Below, one piece after another: positions 10,750 through 17,819 of a DNA stretch of 25,600 nucleotides. Each line of letters opens with the position of its first letter. Within the stretch, counting starts at the first letter, position 1. The notes under the pieces were generated by a model, which made no database searches, was not told the origin of the DNA, and was given only the letters and a program-made list of their open reading frames with translations. The position numbers and the translations under genes were made by a program. Source of the DNA: Planctomycetota bacterium (GTDB lineage: Bacteria; Planctomycetota; UBA1135; GCA-002686595); the NCBI GenBank assembly GCA_043760765.1, contig JAYUOR010000493.1:1-25600 (forward strand), in the 5' to 3' direction.

Positions 10750-12126
10750 ATGCAAAGTCCCCTGGCCTTCCTGTTCGCGCCGTTGCTCGTCTGCGCGGCG
10801 CTCTTCCAAGCTCAGAGCCCCGACGCGCCCAAGCCGGTGCGCGAGCGCAACTGGGAGGAGATCCTGGGACGTAGTCAGGCGCAGTTGCCCAGTCCGCGGC
10901 CGGCGACCCGCTGGTTCGACAAGTTGGACGAGGCCAAGGCCGTTGCGGCGCGCGAAGGCCGGCCCCTGTTCGTGGTCATGCGTTGCCTGCCTTGCAAGCA
11001 GTGCGCCGATTTCGACGCTGCGGTGCTCGAGGGTGGTCCGACGCTCGCCCCCTTGCTGCGTCAGTTCGTCTGTGTGCGACTGACCAGCGTGCAATCCGTC
11101 GATCTGAACCAGTTTCCGATGCAGACGATGCAGGACATGGACTTGTCGTGGTGGGGCTGGTTCCTCTCGCCCGAGGGCAGCATTTACGGCGTTTTCGGCG
11201 GGAAGGACGAGCATGGCGACAGTTCGCGCATTTCGCCGCCAGCGTTGGCCGCGACACTCAGGCGAGTGCTCGAGCATCACTTCGACCCGCGGCGCGCGGA
11301 TTGGGACGTCGACGTGAAACCGGCGCGCGGCGAGAAGGCCCGGACAGCGTTCGATCTGCCCGGGTTCGCAGCTTGGGGCCGGCGTTTCGCGGACCTGAAT
11401 GAGATCGGGTGTCTTCACTGCCATCAGGTTGCGGAGATTTTGCGCCAACCGGCAATCGATGCGAAGACTTTCGACAAGCAGCGCGACCTGCAGCTGTGGC
11501 CGTACCCAGAGAACATCGGCATCGAAGTCCTGCGCGACGACGGACTGCTGATTACGCAAGTGATCGAAGGCAGTCCTGCCGCCAAGGCCGGGCTTGCGCC
11601 CGGCGATCGCCTCGCTGCCGCGGGTGCGAAGAAGCTCTTCAGCCAAGCGGACCTGCGCGTCGCGCTGCAGCGCATGGAGGCCGAAGGGGGAGCGCTGCAG
11701 TTGCGCTGGAAGCGCGAGCGGCAATTGATGGAAGCGACACTTGAACTGCAACCCGGCTGGAAGCGCGTCGTGCTCGATTGGCGTCAATCGGTCGCCGACG
11801 GGAACATCGGCGCGCACCCTGGATTCGCCTGGCCTAACGAGGTTACGGCCGGGAACAAGCCGGGCATGGGGATCTTGCGGGACTCGATGGCGGTCAGACC
11901 CTACTTCGGCAACAAAAAGGAAGCTTGGGTCGCGCGCAAGGCGGGCCTGACTGACTCCGACGTGATCCTCGCCGTCAACGGGCAATCGCCCAACCTCTCC
12001 GGGCGTGCATTCCTGGTCTGGTTTCGCGGCTTGCTCGAACCGGGCGACGAGGTGGTGCTGCGTGTGCGCGCTGCGAAGGGCGGCGAGCGCGAGGTGAAGT
12101 ACAAGGCGACGGCGCGCGGGCGTTGA
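10750..12126 (+). CDS. Secreted thioredoxin-like (Trx7)/PDZ domain protein with CxxCxxC and CxxCH motifs
   Basis: Signal peptide MQSPLAFLFAPLLVCAALFQA; thioredoxin-like WFDKLDEAKAVAAREGRPLFVVMRCLPCKQC; CLHCH at 11410-11424; two PDZ-like segments (VIEGSPAAKAGLAPGDRL; ARKAGLTDSDVILAVNG). Confidence 0.82.
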   Translation: MQSPLAFLFAPLLVCAALFQAQSPDAPKPVRERNWEEILGRSQAQLPSPRPATRWFDKLDEAKAVAAREGRPLFVVMRCLPCKQCADFDAAVLEGGPTLAPLLRQFVCVRLTSVQSVDLNQFPMQTMQDMDLSWWGWFLSPEGSIYGVFGGKDEHGDSSRISPPALAATLRRVLEHHFDPRRADWDVDVKPARGEKARTAFDLPGFAAWGRRFADLNEIGCLHCHQVAEILRQPAIDAKTFDKQRDLQLWPYPENIGIEVLRDDGLLITQVIEGSPAAKAGLAPGDRLAAAGAKKLFSQADLRVALQRMEAEGGALQLRWKRERQLMEATLELQPGWKRVVLDWRQSVADGNIGAHPGFAWPNEVTAGNKPGMGILRDSMAVRPYFGNKKEAWVARKAGLTDSDVILAVNGQSPNLSGRAFLVWFRGLLEPGDEVVLRVRAAKGGEREVKYKATARGR

Positions 12127-12133
12127 GGCCCGA

Positions 12134-14113
12134 CTAGTAACCCAGGCTACGCAGCTGGGCGCGCACTTCAGGCGTCTGCTGAGTCCTGCCTGCGCCCTGA
12201 GCGGTGATGCCGCGCCAAGTTTCAAGGCTCGCGCGCATGCTCTGGAAGGACTGCCCGTTCGCTCCATCGTCGGGGAGTTTCTTCGAGCCCTCGAAGATGT
12301 CTGAGTGCTCGTGAGGATCACGCGCGAGGTCGTACAGTTCCCATGCTTCCGGCACGCGCACGCTGTCCAGCCACCAGTCGGAAGTCCAGATCATCTTCTG
12401 GCCATGCTTGCGCAGCGAGAGCTTGCGTCCGCCGAGCTCGTAGCCCGAGAGCTCGCCAGAGACCTCGCCCTGCGCGAACGACGGCCTGTTGACCGGCGCC
12501 GTCTTGTGCAATTCACCGACGAGTGAGACACCGCTCAGATTCTTCGGTATGTCGATGCCCAGCACCCCCAGCACCGTCGGCGTGATGTCGAGCAGGCGCA
12601 CCTGCTGTTCCACCTTCAGGCCGGCGTCTGTTCCAGCAGGAAAGTGCATCAAGAGCGGCACGGACAACTCGCTGTCGTACAGGTAGGTGCCGTGGTCGAA
12701 CCAATAGCCGTGTTCGCCAAGCCCCTCACCGTGATCAGCTGCCAGGATCACCAGCGTGTTGTCGAAAGTGCCGTCGGCGCGCAGGCGATCGAGGAGTCGC
12801 GCGAGTTCGTGATCGGCAAATGAAATCTCGCCCTTGTAGAGCGCGCGCATATGCTCGACCTGACGCGGATCGGAGATCAGTTCGCGGCGCTCCGACGTGC
12901 TTAGCTTGTACCAGTTTCGCGTGGCGACCGGTTCTCCAGCGCCGTCGTGCATCCGATCGAAGGGCGCCGGAGGGTTGTACGGACAGTGCGGATCGAAAAG
13001 ATGCGTCCACAGGAAAAACGGCCGCTGAGGATCGCGCGAATCAAGCCAGCCGAGCGCCGAATCGATGGTCTCGTTGGCCGGGCGATCCGCCCGCAGCGGA
13101 GGGGAGCCGAACTGATTGGCGACCTGGATCGCGACGCGGAAAAGACGCAAGTGTATGGCCGCCTCCGGAAGCCAGTGCCAGGCCAATAGGTTGTCGTCGT
13201 AGTACTCGAAACGCGGCGCGAACTCCGTGGCGCTCTGCACCAGCGTGAAACCCGACACGCAGGCCGCGGTCGAAAATCCTTGCTCGCTCAAAACCTCCGG
13301 CAGAGTGCGAATGCCGTTGGCGATCGGGACAGCGTTGCTGCGCACGCCGTTCTCGCTCGGATACATCCCGGTGAGCATTGTCGCGTGGGACGGACCGGTT
13401 GTGTTCGCCTGACTGGTCGCGTCGAGGAACTGCACGCTCTGCTTCGCGAGCGCATCGATCGTCGGCGTCTTGGCATCGCTCGCGCCGTAACAGCCCAGGT
13501 GGTCCCGGCGCAAAGTGTCGATCGTCACCAGCAGCACATTCGGGCGCGGCTGCGAGACCGCCGCCGTGGTCCGCGCGCCGGCCGTCGAGCCACCGCGCAC
13601 GCCGAAGGTGACCGCGCCGCACAACAGCGCGACGCTAGCGAGCAAAATCCACGGCCACGGCTTCACGAGAAGCGGCACCCAGACGAGCAGTTCGCGCAGC
13701 GAGAGCGCGAGCAAGGTCCCCAAGAGCGCTGCGGGCAACAACGCCTTGGCTCCGACCGGCGCCACGAGCACGAACGCCGCGAGAGCGAGCAAGGTCCCGA
13801 CGCCGGCGCAGGCGGACGCGCTTGCGGCTTTGAACGAGGGGCGACGCCATAGGATCCAGGCCAGCACACCGCAGAACGCGCCTAGCAGCGCACCGAGCAG
13901 TGCGTACCCGAGTGTTCCGGCGCCCACCGTGCGCAACGCCTGCTCGGCGTAGCGCGGCGCACCCTTGATCAGGAGCTGTGCGCATTCCGCTGCGCCGACC
14001 GAAGCCCCATACAGCGTGCCCAGCAGGGTCGAACGCGCCACGCAGCTCCAGGACGATTCGGCTCTCAACTGAGGGTCTTCCACGGGACGGAGCTTATCGG
14101 CTCGCCGTGCCAA
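12134..14113 (-). CDS. Membrane-anchored sulfatase-like (alkaline phosphatase superfamily) enzyme
   Basis: About 4-5 N-terminal hydrophobic helices, then RPNVLLVTIDTLRRDHLGCYG, TTGPSHATMLTG, FFLWTHLFDPHCPY, YKGEISFADHELARLL, ADHGEGLGEHG and ELYDLARDPHE. Start codon (TTG 14113 or GTG 14083) uncertain. Confidence 0.9.
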   Translation of the reverse strand: MARRADKLRPVEDPQLRAESSWSCVARSTLLGTLYGASVGAAECAQLLIKGAPRYAEQALRTVGAGTLGYALLGALLGAFCGVLAWILWRRPSFKAASASACAGVGTLLALAAFVLVAPVGAKALLPAALLGTLLALSLRELLVWVPLLVKPWPWILLASVALLCGAVTFGVRGGSTAGARTTAAVSQPRPNVLLVTIDTLRRDHLGCYGASDAKTPTIDALAKQSVQFLDATSQANTTGPSHATMLTGMYPSENGVRSNAVPIANGIRTLPEVLSEQGFSTAACVSGFTLVQSATEFAPRFEYYDDNLLAWHWLPEAAIHLRLFRVAIQVANQFGSPPLRADRPANETIDSALGWLDSRDPQRPFFLWTHLFDPHCPYNPPAPFDRMHDGAGEPVATRNWYKLSTSERRELISDPRQVEHMRALYKGEISFADHELARLLDRLRADGTFDNTLVILAADHGEGLGEHGYWFDHGTYLYDSELSVPLLMHFPAGTDAGLKVEQQVRLLDITPTVLGVLGIDIPKNLSGVSLVGELHKTAPVNRPSFAQGEVSGELSGYELGGRKLSLRKHGQKMIWTSDWWLDSVRVPEAWELYDLARDPHEHSDIFEGSKKLPDDGANGQSFQSMRASLETWRGITAQGAGRTQQTPEVRAQLRSLGY

Positions 14114-14230
14114 CTTCTGCAGGCACTGGGTAGGAGCGGGCTGGCGCCCGGCATGGTCGCGGGCGCTAGAATGCGCTACTCGCGGGTGCTCATCCGGCCG
14201 CGCTCGAACGAACCTGGGACTCGCGTCGGC

Positions 14231-16105
14231 ATGTTTTCACTGCTCCACACACTCGCGCTCCTGATCCAGATCGCCGCAGGCCACGCGGCGCCGGTCCAGA
14301 TTCCTCAGGATCCGCCGCTTTCGGCGATCCCAGGCGAGCATTCGACGCCGCGCGATCCGTTGATGGCCTCCAAGTACGATTTGCGCGACGCAGCCCGCGA
14401 CGCACCCTGGGCTACGGAGGTGGCCAACGAACAGGTCGGCCCGCAGTTGTCCGCGCTCGCGAACCTGATCGAGGAATCCGTTCACGACAGGACTCCAATC
14501 GCTGTCGCCGAACTGACCGCCATCGCTGGTCAAAGCATCGCCCGCGCGATGCTGCGTCCAGCGGACAGGGCACTCGCATTCGAGAGTTCGGCCGGCAGCG
14601 TCTGGCGCACGCCCGCAAGCGGCGCCGCCGAAGTTTCTTCCAGCGTGGGCTTGGAGGCGCTTTCCGCCGCGCTCGCGGAAATGAGCGCTCCGTTCGAGCC
14701 CGGCAGCAAGCTGCACGCGAAGTTCAAAGTGATCGACGTGCGCATCTCCTCAGAAGAGAGCTCGGGAGTCGAGGCCTCGAAGGCTGCTGTCTCGATCGAG
14801 ACCGTCGCCTACCTGATGATCGACGGCCAAAGCGCGGACTGCGAATTGCAGCAAAATGCGACTTGGCGTTGTCGCTGGCGTCGCGAGGCCGCTTCGACGA
14901 AGCCGCTGCTCGAATCGATCGCCGTAGAAGCCTTCGAGGAGTGTCGCGGGGCGGCGGGGCGCGGCACGCTGTTCAAGGATTGCACGCAGTCCGCGCTCGG
15001 CGCGACGGAGGCCTGGAAGAAGCAGCTGACCAAGAGCCTCGATCAATGGGCGGGGGAGCTCGACGCCTCGTTCGGCGGAGCGATCGTCGGCCACGAGGGC
15101 ATCGCGCTCGGCGACGTCGATGGCGACGGCCTCGACGATCTGTTCGTTTGTCAATCGGGCGGCTTGCCCGACCGGCTCTTCCGGCACTTGCCCGATGGAA
15201 CGCTCGAGGATGTTTCGCATGCCTTCGGCGTGGACTTTCTCGATCAGACCCGCAGTGCGCTGATCCTCGATCTTGACAACGACGGCGATCAGGACATCGT
15301 CGCGGCCGTCGATCCGTGGCTCGTGTTCCTCGAGAATCGCGGCGATTCCAAGGATCCCAAGCAAACGCGTTTCGCGGGCGTCGCGCGCGTGCCGGGCGTC
15401 TCGGTGACCTCGCTCGCGGCCGCCGACGTCGATCGCGACGGCGATCTCGATCTGTACGCCTGTGGCTACATGCTGCCGGATCGTCTCGAGACGACGCCGG
15501 TGCCCTATCACGACGCCAACAACGGCCGACCGAACATCCTCTATCGCAACGACGGCAAATTTGCCTTCGTCGACGCCACGCGCGAAATGGGACTCGATCA
15601 GAACAATCGCCGCTTCAGTTTCGCGGCCGGTTTCGAGGACTACGACGACGACGGCGATCAGGATCTTTGCGTGGCCAACGACTTCGGCCGCAAGAATCTG
15701 TATCGCAACGACGCAGGAATCTTCCACGACGCCGCGGCCGAAGCCGGCGTCGAAGACATCGGCGCGGGCATGGGCGTCAGTTGGGCAGACTTCGACGGCG
15801 ACGGGCGCATGGACCTGTACCTGAGCAACATGTTCAGCTCGGCCGGCGAGCGCGTCACCTCGCAGCGCAATTTCAGGCCTGATCTGGACGATGCGACGCG
15901 CGCCAGTTTCCAGCGCCACGCGCGCGGCAATTCGCTGTTCAGGAATCTCGGCGACGGCACGTTCCGCGATGTCTCGATCGAGAGCGGAACGACCATGGGC
16001 CGCTGGGCCTGGGGCGCGAAGTTCGTCGACTTCGACAACGACGGTCGGCCCGACATCGTCGTGCCCAACGGTTTTGTCACCGGCGAAGATCCCGCCGACT
16101 TGTGA
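14231..16105 (+). CDS. FG-GAP/VCBS repeat protein (N-terminal part; conventional split annotation)
   Basis: Repeated DxDGDGxxDL motifs (GDVDGDGLDDL, DLDNDGDQDI, ADVDRDGDLDL, EDYDDDGDQDL, ADFDGDGRMDL, VDFDNDGRPDI), most followed by L(Y/F)RNxGxGxFxD segments. The ORF track starts it at 14153. Confidence 0.9.
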   Translation: MFSLLHTLALLIQIAAGHAAPVQIPQDPPLSAIPGEHSTPRDPLMASKYDLRDAARDAPWATEVANEQVGPQLSALANLIEESVHDRTPIAVAELTAIAGQSIARAMLRPADRALAFESSAGSVWRTPASGAAEVSSSVGLEALSAALAEMSAPFEPGSKLHAKFKVIDVRISSEESSGVEASKAAVSIETVAYLMIDGQSADCELQQNATWRCRWRREAASTKPLLESIAVEAFEECRGAAGRGTLFKDCTQSALGATEAWKKQLTKSLDQWAGELDASFGGAIVGHEGIALGDVDGDGLDDLFVCQSGGLPDRLFRHLPDGTLEDVSHAFGVDFLDQTRSALILDLDNDGDQDIVAAVDPWLVFLENRGDSKDPKQTRFAGVARVPGVSVTSLAAADVDRDGDLDLYACGYMLPDRLETTPVPYHDANNGRPNILYRNDGKFAFVDATREMGLDQNNRRFSFAAGFEDYDDDGDQDLCVANDFGRKNLYRNDAGIFHDAAAEAGVEDIGAGMGVSWADFDGDGRMDLYLSNMFSSAGERVTSQRNFRPDLDDATRASFQRHARGNSLFRNLGDGTFRDVSIESGTTMGRWAWGAKFVDFDNDGRPDIVVPNGFVTGEDPADL

Positions 16106-17785
16106 AGTTTCTTTTGGCGACAGGTCGTGTCGCAATCACCACTCGAGCAAGACACCGACGCCGCGAGTCCGCAGCGCGCAAGCTATGAAGCCGGCTGGGT
16201 CGCGATCCACCGCATGATCCGCGAAGGCGGCTCGTGGAGCGGCCGCGAGCGCGACATCGCTTTCCTGAACACGGGCGACGGCGCCTTCGCGCAAGTTTCC
16301 GCCGTCACGGGTCTGGCCTTCCCCGACGACGGCCGCGCCGTGGCGAGCGTCGATTGGGATTTCGACGGCGACACGGATCTGTGGCTCGCGAATCGCACGG
16401 CTCCGCGCCTGCGCTTGATGATCAACGATTCGCCCAATGGCAGCCAAGCGAACGGATTCATCGGCCTGCGCCTGCAAGGCAAACTGCAACGCGACGCGAT
16501 CGGCGCGCGCGTCGAAATCAAACTTGGCGGCGAGCGGCCGCGCACGCTAGTGCAGACGCTGCGCGCCGGCGAAGGCTATCTCTCGCAGTCGAGCAAGCTC
16601 CTGAGCTTCGGTCTGGGCGATGCGCGCGCGATTGAAGCCCTGAGCGTGCGCTGGCCCGACGGCACGCGCGAGGAATTTGTAGGCGCGAGTCCGCGTGCCT
16701 GGTTCACCTTGGTCGAAGGCAGCGGCCGCGCAGTGCCGTGGGTCGTTCCCGCTCAGGCTTCGAAGCTCGCGCCCAAGCCGCCCGAACTTCCCGTGCCGAC
16801 CTCTGTCGCCACGATTCCGCTCGCCGCGCGAGTTCCCATTCCCAACCTCGCATTCAGCGACTTGAAGGGTGCGTCCCTGACGCTCGAGAATCCGCTCGCG
16901 CCTTATGTGATGTTGCTCTGGGCGAGTTGGTGCGCACCCTGCATCGCAGAATTGCGCGAGTTCTCGGCCGCAGCAAAGCAGCTCGAATCGAGCGGCGTAA
17001 AAGTGGTCGCAGTTTGCCTCGACGCGCCCGCGGATCGTCCCAAGGCGGCGGCGCTGCTGGCCAACATGAGTTGGCCTCACGTGTCGTTGTTCGCCGACAG
17101 TGAGGCCGTCGACGCGCTGGATGTGCTGCAGCAATCGCTGCTCGAGCGGCGCCGCAAGCTGGGCTTGCCCTCGAGTTTCCTGGTTGACGCGCAGGGTCTG
17201 CTGGCCGTGATGCAGCGCGGGCCCAGCTCTCCCGCGCGGCTATGCCAGCAGGTCGCGACGCTCGCCGGAAGTCCGCTCGAGCTGCGCGATCGTGCCGTAC
17301 CCTTCGAAGGCCGTTGGATCGGCGATCCGCCGCTGGCGCCTTACGGCATTCTGGAATCACGTTTCCGCGAGCGCGGCTTGACGCGGATCGCGGACGAATA
17401 TCAGCGCCTGACCTGGAAGCGCATCGAATCCAGTCCGGCGCAGTTGCGCTACAAGATCGGGATCGCCCGCGAACAGGCGGGCAGCGCTGATCTCGCGCGC
17501 GCCGAATTCGCGCAGGCCGTCCTCTTGGAACCGGAGTTCGTCGAAGCACGTATGGCGCTCGCCTACATGCTCCAGCAAGCCGGCGATCATGCAGGCGCCG
17601 TCGAGGCCTATTCCATCGCCCTGCGCAGAGCCCCCAAGCACCAGATCGCGCTGCAGAATCTGATCGTCTCCCTGGTGGCGCTGAACAAACGCGACCTGGC
17701 CCTCGAACGCCTTGAGCAACTTCGCAGCGTCAACGCAACCGCTGCCGTGCAACTTGACCTTCGGCTGAAGATCTCGAAGCACTGA
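14231..17785 (+). CDS. Putative selenoprotein: secreted FG-GAP propeller / ASPIC-UnbV (CRTAC1-like) / TlpA-redoxin / TPR protein with in-frame UGA at 16103-16105 (about 1184 aa, Sec at about residue 625)
   Basis: Likely start ATG 14231 (signal peptide MFSLLHTLALLIQIAAGHA). The frame continues without another stop across the TGA: ...NGFVTGEDPADL*SFFWRQVVSQSP... to TGA 17783-17785. The FG-GAP repeat period spans the TGA, and a SECIS-like hairpin lies 11 nt downstream. Confidence 0.78.
16106..17785 (+). CDS. FG-GAP + ASPIC/UnbV + TlpA-like redoxin + TPR protein (C-terminal part; conventional start GTG 16127)
   Basis: FLNTGDGAFAQVS...VDWDFDGDTDLWLAN repeat; ASPIC/UnbV domain (RDAIGARVEI...GEGYLSQSSKLLSFGLG...VRWPDG); LWASWCAPCIAEL (CxxC at 16931-16942); C-terminal TPRs (ARAEFAQAVLLEPEFVEARMALA; AYSIALRRAPKHQIALQNL). 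Confidence 0.9.
   Translation, partial: SFFWRQVVSQSPLEQDTDAASPQRASYEAGWVAIHRMIREGGSWSGRERDIAFLNTGDGAFAQVSAVTGLAFPDDGRAVASVDWDFDGDTDLWLANRTAPRLRLMINDSPNGSQANGFIGLRLQGKLQRDAIGARVEIKLGGERPRTLVQTLRAGEGYLSQSSKLLSFGLGDARAIEALSVRWPDGTREEFVGASPRAWFTLVEGSGRAVPWVVPAQASKLAPKPPELPVPTSVATIPLAARVPIPNLAFSDLKGASLTLENPLAPYVMLLWASWCAPCIAELREFSAAAKQLESSGVKVVAVCLDAPADRPKAAALLANMSWPHVSLFADSEAVDALDVLQQSLLERRRKLGLPSSFLVDAQGLLAVMQRGPSSPARLCQQVATLAGSPLELRDRAVPFEGRWIGDPPLAPYGILESRFRERGLTRIADEYQRLTWKRIESSPAQLRYKIGIAREQAGSADLARAEFAQAVLLEPEFVEARMALAYMLQQAGDHAGAVEAYSIALRRAPKHQIALQNLIVSLVALNKRDLALERLEQLRSVNATAAVQLDLRLKISKH
16117..16133 (+). promoter_or_regulatory. Candidate bacterial SECIS element
   Basis: GCGACA-GGTCG-TGTCGC: perfect 6-bp stem, 17 nt total, starting after an 11-nt spacer following the TGA, with a GGUC-containing loop. 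It extends via a bulged G16116 to T16114/T16115 pairing with A16135/A16134. Confidence 0.7.
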
Positions 17786-17789
17786 GCCC

Positions 17790-17818
17790 GCCCATACGGT
17801 GCCAGGCACCGTACGGGC
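17790..17818. terminator. Hairpin between convergent genes (possible bidirectional terminator)
   Basis: GCCC-A-TACGGTGC / loop CAG / GCACCGTA-C-GGGC: 8-bp perfect inner stem plus 4 bp outer stem; fills almost all of the 34-nt gap between the two stop codons. Confidence 0.5.
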
Positions 17819-17819
17819 G

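Noticed and set aside
10993-11030. Vestigial SECIS after the Cys codons of the Trx/PDZ gene
   Set aside because: Only a weak GCAGTG/CGCTGC pairing, with no GGUC-type loop at the proper distance; all codons are TGC.
9588-12321. Long ORFs 9588..10703 (+) and 10630..12321 (-)
   Set aside because: They overlap GT2 and Trx/PDZ on the opposite strand, are Arg/Ala-rich, and show no domain signal.
16103-16105. Alternative genetic code (TGA = Trp or Gly) as the explanation for the in-frame TGA
   Set aside because: TGA is a genuine stop for several well-delimited genes here (S8 protease, Trx/PDZ, yhcG, SDR), and Trp is encoded by TGG throughout. A single internal TGA with an adjacent hairpin fits site-specific recoding, not code reassignment.
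16127-16129. GTG 16127 as an independent start of a second gene
   Set aside because: No convincing Shine-Dalgarno, the codon lies inside the hairpin, the product would start mid-propeller without a signal peptide, and the upstream in-frame residues SFFWRQV look like conserved protein sequence. Not formally excluded.
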